From IMG/VR virus record IMGVR_UViG_3300028833_005986, positions 1 to 64,000 of that record: DNA of 64,000 nt. One strand, 5' to 3'. Shown here piece by piece: positions 54,617 to 64,000 of the stretch. The stretch is from a virus (lineage: Duplodnaviria > Caudoviricetes). The notes under the pieces are model-generated. The model saw nothing but the letters and a program-made list of their open reading frames with translations, did not search any database and was not told the origin of the DNA. The first letter of the stretch is position 1; the number at the start of each line of letters is the position of its first letter. The position numbers and the translations under genes are program-made.

Positions 54617-56972
54617 TTAATGCCTCAACGGCTTTAAATTATAATCTAATAAATTCATAGGAAACATTTTTATATTAAACGCTGGTTCTTGCTTATATAA
54701 TCTATTACGTACTTGAGCTTGCCGTAATAACATTGGAGTAGAATCTCTAAAATCATACACAAATGCTCTATTTTTACCTTCGCATTTACGAAGTACACGG
54801 CCAATTCTTTGTAGAGCACGTGTAGATGATTTTCCTCCTCCTGCAAGAATCAGACAATCAGCTGATGGAATATCCAAACCTTCATCTGCAATAGTAGTAC
54901 AAATTAGAATTTTGCATAATTTTTCTCTGAAAGCTTGAATAGTAGCATTTCGTTTTAAAGAAGCATCACTACCTGATAAAAATTCTATTTCACTAACTTT
55001 AGCTGGTAATTTTTTATTACTACCAGTTTTTGATGCTTCAATCATAAATGCTTCATTACTAATATATTGTTGTAATAATCTTAAAATCATTTCACCATGT
55101 TCTATACGCTGAACTAAGATTAATATAGTTGCATTCTTTGCTTTACGCATTTGATAAGCAATTTTTACTATATCCATATTACGTTCACGATTACAAACAA
55201 TAGCTTCACGATATAGATCATTATAATTTTTTTGTGGAAATACTCGTTGATGCTTTACCCAAAAAATATCACAAGGCGTTATATAGCCTTGATTTATTAA
55301 TTCACTAGCTGTAACTTTATTATTAGGCAGCGGCCGGGCACATATAGCATCAATTAATAAATCAGAATTATCTGACCTCCACGGAGTGGCAGAAACTCCA
55401 ATACGATAATAAGCATTTACACACCATTTACTTACATCATTTAAAGTATTACATGGTAAATGATGACATTCATCAAATAATAATAATTTAGTATCTTTTA
55501 CCATTTCTTCTGTAGCTGATTGTGCAGAAAAAACAGTAATATCTTGTACATCTCTTGTTCCACCACCAACTAGACCAATCGGTTCGCCTAAAAATTTTTC
55601 AAATTCACTTTTTAATTGAGTACATAAACTAATTTGATTTGCAAAAATTGAAACTGGCTTTACATTAAATTTTGCAACTAATCCTGCCATCATTAATGTA
55701 TTATGTGTAACAATAAAATCTTTACATATAAATGTATGCTTAGGAGAATCAACAGTAATACATTTCATTTCCTTTTTTATATTTAATTTTTGAATATTAA
55801 CAATTCTTAAAGTATTAATATTTAATATTTGAAATATATTATTACCTTGTTTAGAAACACGATATCCTAATGAATATAATAAAAACTTAACATAATTCAT
55901 TAAATTATCATTATAAATATAAACATGATTTTCATCTATATAATGTGCTTGCATTAATCCTTTTAAAAAAGCTGTTCGTTCATCAACAGATGAATAAAGA
56001 TAATTTTTAATATTATATTGTTTTAATATATCGCGATTATTTTCTCTATTAACTAAAAATCCAAAATCATATGGAGATAATATAAAATATCTTCGATAAT
56101 ATTGAATTGGCTTATTAACTGGAATTTGCATATCTATAACTAAATCTTTACATGCAATAATTTGTTCTTCTGATCCATTAATAACTTTCCATAAATGATC
56201 TTGACAACATTCTATTTTAGTTGCATCAGCAAAAGTAATTTCATATATTTCTTTTTCGCCTTGATAAAATTCTTTTAATACTCTTGTTTGGTTGCCATCT
56301 TCATCATATACTATACTACCAGGATGAATATCTTCTAACTTAACCCACCCGTTGGGTGTAAGAATATTCGTATCTAATGGCATTGCTTTACCCAAATTTA
56401 TTATTATAAATAAAATTTATACTATTTATTAAAATATTTTAAAATAAATAGGTTAGTATATATCTTCTTTATTAAAGTTATAATTAATATACGTTGATAT
56501 ATTAATAAAAATTTTTATTAATATATTCTGATTATTATATTTTTCAGAAATAATTATAATTAAGTAGCAATAAATTACTACTAGTTGCAGCTTGAATAAT
56601 ATCTCTCGGACGACAATTATCTATAATTTTTTGCTGATAATCTCTAACTTTTAATTCTTGAGTTCTTTCTTTATCTAAATATTTAACTAATGAATAATCA
56701 GCATTCGGTTGCCAAGCAACTCTTTTATCAATAATTTTATATTCTTCTTTATTTTCTTCTAAAATTTCAATAATATAATCTAATAATCCGGTATAACTCT
56801 TTTTTGTAATACGATTAAATAAATGTCTAACTTGTGGAATTGAATTGGGATTATATTCTTGTATTTCAAAAGATAATTTATCCCAAATTTTAAATTCTAT
56901 ATTATTACTTGCATATTTTACTTCTACATATACATTATCTATGTGCAATTCAATCAAATTCATCACTTCCAT
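54617..56972 (-). CDS. SF2 DEAD/H helicase (UvsW-like); 2 exons (56972-56577, 56392-54617) plus intein; ~494 aa mature
   Basis: RDYQ, AATSS|GK-[intein]-T, DECH, SATP, EGLDIP, QRIGRVLR. Confidence 0.9.
55700..56386 (-). mobile_element. Class 3-type intein (229 aa, Ala1) in the helicase Walker A motif
   Basis: GK|AMPLDT...DHLW...MKCITV...VTHN|T, giving the W/C/T signature; endonuclease eroded. Confidence 0.88.
56393..56576 (-). mobile_element. Miniature group I intron in the helicase (184 nt)
   Basis: P1 AGUAGU/GCUACU; UCAACGUAUA...AAGAUAUAUACU (P7 GUAUA/UAUAC); ends UUUG. Confidence 0.87.
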
Positions 56973-56975
56973 TTT

Positions 56976-57359
56976 CTATTTCATCAATATTTTTTCATTT
57001 ATATCATTTTCATTTATAATTGGATCAATATCAATTTGCGGATCAAAATCAAAATATAAATTAATTTTATTTTGTTTCACATTAATAAAATTTAATGGTT
57101 TAAACATACTTTTATGAACAGATATTTTTAACCAAATCGGTAATTGTAAATTTCGTATACTATATAATTGATCTAATACTTGTTCCGCTAAAAGAAATTT
57201 TTTATTAATAGAAAAATTAGATTCTAATATGATTTTATCATTTATTATTTGAATTGATTTAATTGCACGATGCATATAATTGATATTTAAATAAACATAA
57301 TCATTGAAATCAAATATATTCTGATCGATATAATCGATTATTTTCTTTATAAAAATCAT
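56976..57359 (-). CDS. Hypothetical protein
   Basis: ORF only. Confidence 0.6.
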   Translation of the reverse strand: MIFIKKIIDYIDQNIFDFNDYVYLNINYMHRAIKSIQIINDKIILESNFSINKKFLLAEQVLDQLYSIRNLQLPIWLKISVHKSMFKPLNFINVKQNKINLYFDFDPQIDIDPIINENDINEKILMK

Positions 57360-57365
57360 AAAATA

Positions 57366-57497
57366 TGCACGGCAGATTCCCCCTCACTTTAACTGTGGGC
57401 AGGAACCGTGCTCCTCCTTTCCGCTAAATATGTCTTGCGCCTAGAAATTAGAAAGAGCTTGTATGAGCTCACATTTTTAGGCGTGGGATTACTGGCT
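57366..57497 (-). mobile_element. Miniature non-autonomous IS200/IS605(IscB)-type element
   Basis: GC-rich island with left-end-like GCCAGTAATCCCACGCCTAAAAATGTGAGC and right-end-like GAAAGGAGG-GCACGG..CCCACAGTTAAAGTGAGG..CCGTGC palindromes; no ORF. Confidence 0.65.
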
Positions 57498-57546
57498 AAA
57501 ACTATTCACCAAGTTTTAAATAAATCTTAATCAATATTTAATTTTT

Positions 57547-58803
57547 TTACAAGAATTTTTCTTTAATTTTATAATATGCTTTAATAATATTACTAGGATC
57601 TATTTGATTAATACAATGTGCTTCAGTTGATATACATCCATTATATGTATTATATTCTAAGCATTCGCCTAATGAACTATCGGGCTGTAAAAGAATATAT
57701 TTATTATGTGTTGGATGAAATCTTGCTTTAGCTGATAATGATCCAGTATGTATATTATTTTTATCTTTTGCCTGCGGTAAATAATAAATTATCGGTTTAT
57801 TAAAAACTTCTGCTATATGCATTAATCCAGTATCATTACCAATATATAAATCGCTTTGCTGAATTACCGCTATACTTTCTAATACTGAAGTTTTATTAAC
57901 TAAATTAATACATTCTATATGCTTATTTAAATATTCCGCATCTTTTTTTTCTTGTTCTCCTGCCCCAAGTAAAATAAATGTATTATTATCTTTTACTATT
58001 TCTTTTAAAGCAATTAATAATTTTCGAGCCGAATATCGTTTAGTATTATTACTACTAGCTAAACCAATAATTATTTTTCTTTTTGCATCTTTTAAAATAT
58101 TTTTTGCATATATTATACTTTTTTGATCAAGAAATAATTCTAACTTTTTACTAGTTACTTTTAATCCGCAAGCTTCTAATATATACATTTTTCTATCTAA
58201 TTCATGATACATATAAAAAGGATTAACTATTGGTTTAGTTAATATAAATTTATCTATTTGAATTAAATCTAAAAAACTTTGTAAACTAAAATCTTTATGA
58301 TAATATTGTCTTTCTGCTTCAAAAGAATATCCAATATTTTCTTTTGTTATACTTAACCATTGTATAATTGATCCTATAAATACATTACAACTAAAATGTA
58401 AATTAATTGCTAAATCATATGTTCTATTCCATAAATATTTATAACAAAAATTTATAGAATGTAATAAAAAATTTAATAAATTAATATGTGATATATTTGA
58501 TGGAATAAATTCATCAACATATGGCAAATATTTAACTATATCTTTAAATGTTTCAAAATAAACTAAAGTAATATGTGCATCTGGATAATTTTTTCTTATT
58601 TCTCTAATTGCTGGTATAGCTAAAATTAAATCACCCATTGCATTTAATTGAGTTAATAATATATTTTTACGCTTATTTTCCTTTTTATAAGAATTTAATA
58701 TTTTATTAATATTATTAATAGTATTATCTAAATCATTAGATGTTAATATAGTATTAATAATTTCTTGTTTTAATTTATCTTTATTAATCATTATATTTAC
58801 CAC
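57547..58803 (-). CDS. Glycosyltransferase family 9 (ADP-heptose:LPS heptosyltransferase-like)
   Basis: MGDLIL..PAIREIRKNYPDAHIT, INLVNKTS, YIGNDTGLMHIA. Confidence 0.88.
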   Translation of the reverse strand: MVNIMINKDKLKQEIINTILTSNDLDNTINNINKILNSYKKENKRKNILLTQLNAMGDLILAIPAIREIRKNYPDAHITLVYFETFKDIVKYLPYVDEFIPSNISHINLLNFLLHSINFCYKYLWNRTYDLAINLHFSCNVFIGSIIQWLSITKENIGYSFEAERQYYHKDFSLQSFLDLIQIDKFILTKPIVNPFYMYHELDRKMYILEACGLKVTSKKLELFLDQKSIIYAKNILKDAKRKIIIGLASSNNTKRYSARKLLIALKEIVKDNNTFILLGAGEQEKKDAEYLNKHIECINLVNKTSVLESIAVIQQSDLYIGNDTGLMHIAEVFNKPIIYYLPQAKDKNNIHTGSLSAKARFHPTHNKYILLQPDSSLGECLEYNTYNGCISTEAHCINQIDPSNIIKAYYKIKEKFL

Positions 58804-58837
58804 TAAAAACTAAAAAAACCAGAAAAAATTTCTGGAA

Positions 58838-59095
58838 TTATAGTTTTTCTTTCGCTTCATTAAATAATTCATTAAAAGCATTTTGTAATTTATTAATATC
58901 TTCTAAAGAAGTAATTTGAGTAATAAAACCATTTTTAGTAGGTCCATCATAATCTGCCGTTTTTTTAAATAATCTTGCAGAAGCATGTAATGTTCCGCGC
59001 TTTTTATGTTCTTCCAATCTAAACTGCCAAGTAAATACTTCATCAACAGGTAATTCTTTCACATAAATTTGATTGTAATTATCGGACCAAGCCAT
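58838..59095 (-). CDS. Small conserved-looking protein (possibly PC4-like)
   Basis: AAAGGA RBS; R.F......GPTKNG motif. Confidence 0.55.
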   Translation of the reverse strand: MAWSDNYNQIYVKELPVDEVFTWQFRLEEHKKRGTLHASARLFKKTADYDGPTKNGFITQITSLEDINKLQNAFNELFNEAKEKL

Positions 59096-59188
59096 TAAAA
59101 ATCAATTCCTTTCAATAATATTAATTAAAAATACTTTCAACAAATCTTTAATAAAATATAAAAACTTAAATAATATATAATTTATAAA

Positions 59189-62100
59189 TTAGATTTTTAT
59201 AGTAGGTAATCCAGATAATTTAAATAAATCACCATATACCGGTTCAATTATATTATGTGTAGTTTTATTATTATATGTTAATTGATTATTATTAATAGAT
59301 CCAATAATAAATAATAATAATTGTCCTAATTCATCAACTACTATACACGCCATTCCTGTATATTTACTAATTCCTACTAATGAATCCGGTAAATATACTT
59401 TAAAATTATTAAATGTATATTTTAAAGTATCATCTTGGTACCCTATAGTTTGTTTATTAATTTCAAATGAAGTATCTAATTCAAAGAAATAATCATCAAA
59501 TTTATGATCCACAGAAGTAAATAATGCATCATTTAAAAATCTTAATTCATAATTGCCATCAGATTTTAAATATTTTTTAATCTTATCCGCAATATTTATT
59601 TCTACATCTGTATTATTATTTAAAACTAAATTTAATTCATCAATACTATCAATATCATCATTTAATTCTTGATTAGTCATTATATAATTATTATATAAGT
59701 TTTGTGATTGTCCTATAGGTATATCCGTGTTAAAAATAATTTTTTCTCCTGTTAAATATGATGCATAAGTATTACCACCTGGTAATCTATTTACTAAATT
59801 ATTTAGCGAATTAACATTATCATATTTAGCTGATAAAGCTTCTCCACCTGAAGATAAAGTAGTAATAAAATATTTCCAATCAGTTAAGCGTTTTAATTTT
59901 TTAGTATTATTACTTAATATTCCTTGATATGGCGTATATGTATACCAAAGTGATAATACATCATATTGAGTTGGTTGATAACTAACCAATATAGGAATTT
60001 CAACTTTTGCATTTTCTGCGGGAGTATAATTAAAAGTAATTTTTAAAAATGGCGTATGCCATGAAGTATTATTAATACTTAATTGAGCTAATTGATATGC
60101 GCCTATTGATGTTTGATATTCTTGCGAATTATCCTGTATAGGATCTGTTGATACATTTACAGATTCATCTGCATTCCTTATAGCACGAAATGGATACATT
60201 TCTCCATCAACATAACAAGCATATTTAAATATTTCATTGCCTTCATCATCAATATCAATTATACTACAAACTGATTGTAATACACCGCCATTTTGTGTAT
60301 AAATAGGTAATAAATATTGATTATGAATTCCATCAGTATTAAAAGAAATAATTTGCGTACGTAATATATTCGAAACTAAAGTTTTAGTATGCACATCATA
60401 ATCAAAAGTAGTTCCACCTAGTGCTAAAACGAATTCGATATTTTCTCCTAATGTAACAGATTGTTGTAAATATACAATAAATTGTCCACTTTTTTCTTCT
60501 GTATCATTTATCTTTTTTATATTTCTTACTTGTTTATTAGATACATATAATACATATAATACTGGATAACCATATAATTTATTAGGAATAAAATATTCAT
60601 TTGTGCCATTACCAATTTTATGATAATATAATATACGTGCAAAACTTTGATGCGTAGTACGATCAGTATGATAGTCATATAATTGATCTATACTATCTTC
60701 TAATACTGTAGAATGAAAATAATTTACTAATCTAAAATTAGTATCATTTTTTCTTGCAAATGAACATTCTTCATAAATATCTGAATCCGTAACATATCCT
60801 GCTGCTAAAATTTCCTCTGGCATATCACTAACGCCATTTCCAGCAGGAACTTCAATAGTATACTGCACTACTACTGAAGTAATAGTAATATCATCTGCTT
60901 GAAAAATCCATTCTTCATCAAATGAATACCATGTACCTGATACTGTTAAAATATTACCATCTAAATCGACTTCACCAGTAGATTTATAAACAATTGGCTC
61001 TGTATTAATTTTAATATCTATAGATATAGGTAATGAAAATAATCCATTTTCACCATTTAATACTTGAATTATTTCATTTTGTTCTAACCTAATATCGCCA
61101 AATCCACGATATAATGAATTAAATGATGGTAATATTTTAGCTGATCCTTTAATAAAATCATTAGGTAAACCAGGCCAATATTCATTAATAAAATATGCTG
61201 TATTATCTGTAGTAATATTTTGTTCGTATGTATTATTATATAATACTAATTCTTCAATTATAAAGCCATAATTATGATTAACACGCTTTTGATTAATTTT
61301 TTGTAAATATATCTTTTTTTCATTCTTTCTAAAATTTTTTAAACGATTTAATAATAATATTCGTGTTTTTTCATTATTTAATAATGAATTAATATCATTA
61401 TCTGTTAAATTATCTACATCTAATTGTAAATCATTATTATCTTCATCACTACTATGTATATCATTATTAATATTTTCTGCGTTTGTATTATTAGATTCTT
61501 CATCAGTCACATCAATAGTACCAATAGGATATCGTTGCCCAGCAATATTCGCAAATACAATATTATCATTTAATAATAACTTACCTGTTAATTGCTGAAT
61601 TTGTTCTTCAGATAAATCACTTATATCTATATCTTGATTATTAGTTATATAAAAATTTTGATCTTCTTCTTTTTCTTCATCAGTAATAATTAAATTAGCA
61701 TAATTTTTAGCGTCATTTTTATCTCCAATAATTAAAGCATGTGGAATTAATACTGAACCAATATAAGAAATTCTAGCAATAAATGAGCCATTAATATAAA
61801 AAATTATATAGCTTTTTGATGGATCACTATCCCATGCAATACGGAATATATTAATTTGCTTAGCAAAAATTAAAGTATTTTTTAAATCTATAATTAAACT
61901 ACCGTCTTTATTATTATCATCATTTAATATATCATATGTTCTATTAACTTTTAATATTAATTGATCATTTTCTTTTATACATTTAAATATAATATTACCA
62001 TTCACATCAACGATAGTAAATAATGTTTGATTAATATCAGTATGGCCATTATATAAAAATTGTGTATAAAAATCTAATGTACCTTTATTAATATTACAAG

Positions 62101-63424
62101 CATCAATAATATATTTATATTCAGCTCGACCATCTATATATAGTCCTTTCGCAATAACTGCATCCTTATATATTGGTTCATATAATATTTCATTAGATTC
62201 CATAGATACTGTAGAAGAATAATCATCTAATTCATCAGGGTCAATATTACCATCAAATTCCACATGCAATATAACATTATCATTTTCAGAATAATCTACA
62301 TATTGTCTACCGAATTGTACACGTCGTACTTGTGCTTTATCTTTAGTACATAATTTTCCCGTAAATAATTCTTTCAATCCTTGATTTAAATAATGTGTAT
62401 ATGAAACATTATTTAATACTGTTTTTCTTAAATCAACTATATCATTTTCTGCAATAACATCATAATAATAATGATCAGGACGGATATTATTTAATAAATC
62501 ACCATATGCCGATGACGGAATATCATTATATTGATATATAATAGTTCGTGATCCGTTATAATTTTGTAATGAATATGCTTGTTTATTACGGCGTTTAATA
62601 CGAAACATTGGTAATGCAAAAATAAAATTACCAATTACTTTATTACTATTTAAATCATGATTGGGTAATCCTGCTATATATAAATTATTATCTTTATAAA
62701 ATGGTTGATCTCTAAAAGCTAAAAAATCAGCTGGTTTATAAATTAATTCTCGATGATATGTATTAAATTCACCATTAGCTGTAGCTTGTATATTAGAAAA
62801 ATCGTTAATGCTATTATATCCAAATCCATTAGGAAATTTATTAAAATTTATATTTTGTGCGACTTTTATCGAATAATGTACTATTACGCGGCGAGAAGTT
62901 TCATCTTGTACTCGAGAATCTAAAATATTATAATTAACATAATTACCATTAATATTACCTTCAAATTTAAAAGTATCTTTATATGATGCACGTTCTAACC
63001 ACATTTCTAAATATACTAAATCTTCTCTCGTACCCGTTTCAGGCGCTTCACCTAAATTTAACAATAAATAATTACCTGCTTGTTGTGTGGTAAAATTACC
63101 TACTAAATTAACAGGTATACCATTAATTATGGCTTTACAGGGTGCAATAGCGATAGAATTTAATATTACATTATTTAAATTATCTGTTGGCTGATATATA
63201 ATAGCCGATGATAAAAAACTTTTATCCACTAATTCAATAAATCCGCTAGGAATTAATATTCTAGCTAAATTTTGACGATTTTTATTTTGTATATCTTGTA
63301 ATTCATTTAATTCTAACTCTAATAATGGAGAATTATTAGAAAAAATTATACTTTGTAAATTAACATGATCATTAAAAGCACTAAAATAACGAAATCTTTC
63401 AGCATCTTGTGACAATTTATTCAC
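59189..63424 (-). CDS. Large probable virion structural protein (tail/baseplate-like, LamG-like middle)
   Basis: 1411 aa; ELELNELQDIQ, REDLVYLEMW, beta-rich region with FYING. Confidence 0.65.
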   Translation of the reverse strand: MNKLSQDAERFRYFSAFNDHVNLQSIIFSNNSPLLELELNELQDIQNKNRQNLARILIPSGFIELVDKSFLSSAIIYQPTDNLNNVILNSIAIAPCKAIINGIPVNLVGNFTTQQAGNYLLLNLGEAPETGTREDLVYLEMWLERASYKDTFKFEGNINGNYVNYNILDSRVQDETSRRVIVHYSIKVAQNINFNKFPNGFGYNSINDFSNIQATANGEFNTYHRELIYKPADFLAFRDQPFYKDNNLYIAGLPNHDLNSNKVIGNFIFALPMFRIKRRNKQAYSLQNYNGSRTIIYQYNDIPSSAYGDLLNNIRPDHYYYDVIAENDIVDLRKTVLNNVSYTHYLNQGLKELFTGKLCTKDKAQVRRVQFGRQYVDYSENDNVILHVEFDGNIDPDELDDYSSTVSMESNEILYEPIYKDAVIAKGLYIDGRAEYKYIIDACNINKGTLDFYTQFLYNGHTDINQTLFTIVDVNGNIIFKCIKENDQLILKVNRTYDILNDDNNKDGSLIIDLKNTLIFAKQINIFRIAWDSDPSKSYIIFYINGSFIARISYIGSVLIPHALIIGDKNDAKNYANLIITDEEKEEDQNFYITNNQDIDISDLSEEQIQQLTGKLLLNDNIVFANIAGQRYPIGTIDVTDEESNNTNAENINNDIHSSDEDNNDLQLDVDNLTDNDINSLLNNEKTRILLLNRLKNFRKNEKKIYLQKINQKRVNHNYGFIIEELVLYNNTYEQNITTDNTAYFINEYWPGLPNDFIKGSAKILPSFNSLYRGFGDIRLEQNEIIQVLNGENGLFSLPISIDIKINTEPIVYKSTGEVDLDGNILTVSGTWYSFDEEWIFQADDITITSVVVQYTIEVPAGNGVSDMPEEILAAGYVTDSDIYEECSFARKNDTNFRLVNYFHSTVLEDSIDQLYDYHTDRTTHQSFARILYYHKIGNGTNEYFIPNKLYGYPVLYVLYVSNKQVRNIKKINDTEEKSGQFIVYLQQSVTLGENIEFVLALGGTTFDYDVHTKTLVSNILRTQIISFNTDGIHNQYLLPIYTQNGGVLQSVCSIIDIDDEGNEIFKYACYVDGEMYPFRAIRNADESVNVSTDPIQDNSQEYQTSIGAYQLAQLSINNTSWHTPFLKITFNYTPAENAKVEIPILVSYQPTQYDVLSLWYTYTPYQGILSNNTKKLKRLTDWKYFITTLSSGGEALSAKYDNVNSLNNLVNRLPGGNTYASYLTGEKIIFNTDIPIGQSQNLYNNYIMTNQELNDDIDSIDELNLVLNNNTDVEINIADKIKKYLKSDGNYELRFLNDALFTSVDHKFDDYFFELDTSFEINKQTIGYQDDTLKYTFNNFKVYLPDSLVGISKYTGMACIVVDELGQLLLFIIGSINNNQLTYNNKTTHNIIEPVYGDLFKLSGLPTIKI

Positions 63425-63432
63425 CTCGGTAT

Positions 63433-64000
63433 TTAAAAAATTCGTTTAGCTAGTCGTGCTTGTTTTAATATTCCGCTTTGATTTCTTGGAGCGGAAGAAA
63501 TAAATACTTTTAATATATTTGGTTCTTCTCTTTTAATAATATCTGCTACTTCTTGTAAAGAATTATATCCATTATGTTCATTAGTTGATAAAATAGCTAT
63601 TAACCCATGTAAATATGCACAATTAAATACTTCAACACCATCTTTATTTTTACAATTATTTCTTAATTCTGGATATTGATTCAATACATCATTATGATGC
63701 TGTCCATAATCGCCAATTAATACATGATCAGTATTATCCTTAAAATTGTGTATAACAACAATTGGTGCATCACGTAAAAACGGTATTTGTGGGTCAAAAT
63801 CAATATATTCTTTTCCATTATTCGAATCTTCTAACTTATTTATTTTTAATCTATGGTTTCTACGTTTATTTATTATATTGTTATTTTTTTCTTTTATGTA
63901 ATTTTGCAAAATACTATTAATTTGTGCAAATGTCTTATTCCAATTAAATTTTTTATATAATGTATTAATTCCAAAATTAACATATCTTAGCTTTTTATAA
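63433..64000 (-). CDS. Hypothetical protein, truncated by the window edge
   Basis: The frame stays open upstream of 63909 to the window end. Confidence 0.65.
   Translation of the reverse strand, partial: YKKLRYVNFGINTLYKKFNWNKTFAQINSILQNYIKEKNNNIINKRRNHRLKINKLEDSNNGKEYIDFDPQIPFLRDAPIVVIHNFKDNTDHVLIGDYGQHHNDVLNQYPELRNNCKNKDGVEVFNCAYLHGLIAILSTNEHNGYNSLQEVADIIKREEPNILKVFISSAPRNQSGILKQARLAKRIF

Noticed and set aside
7433-57117. Short plus-strand ORFs in the track (e.g. 7433, 9565, 14046, 30797, 34276, 36206, 56845)
   Set aside because: All are antisense shadows of well-supported minus-strand genes, with no motifs.
10970-63460. Short basic RL..A motifs near termini of several proteins as a protease-cleavage or packaging signal
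   Set aside because: Too short and degenerate to separate from chance in Lys/Leu-rich proteins without statistics.

Overview
This is a very AT-rich, single-strand-coded (all minus strand) segment of what is most likely a jumbo phage of a Firmicute. The GT9 heptosyltransferase-like gene hints at an LPS-making Negativicute host (inference). It carries replication and nucleotide genes (DnaE, GyrA/GyrB-type topoisomerase, DnaB, loader, primase Zn-finger, LigA, RecJ, SF2 helicase, ThyX, dCMP deaminase, dNMP kinase, PyrG, HU), accessory genes (ClpX, SppA, NrnA, Thg1-like, sigma factor, 3D protein) and large probable virion proteins. The standout feature is that apparently broken genes are interrupted by 12 group I introns that I delimited by hand from P1 pairing, P7 motifs and frame restoration. 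Nine are only 141-267 nt long, AT-rich and stripped to the core, with compensatory P7 changes. One intron pair isolates an 8-nt micro-exon, and one or two introns appear to use non-canonical splice sites. DnaE is additionally split: this window encodes only its C-terminal half, led by a C-terminal split-intein fragment. Also present are three cis inteins, two IscB/omega-RNA loci without TnpA, an IS200/605-type miniature element, and a family of unknown proteins sharing a C-terminal motif. All calls come from manual reading; no searches or folding were run.
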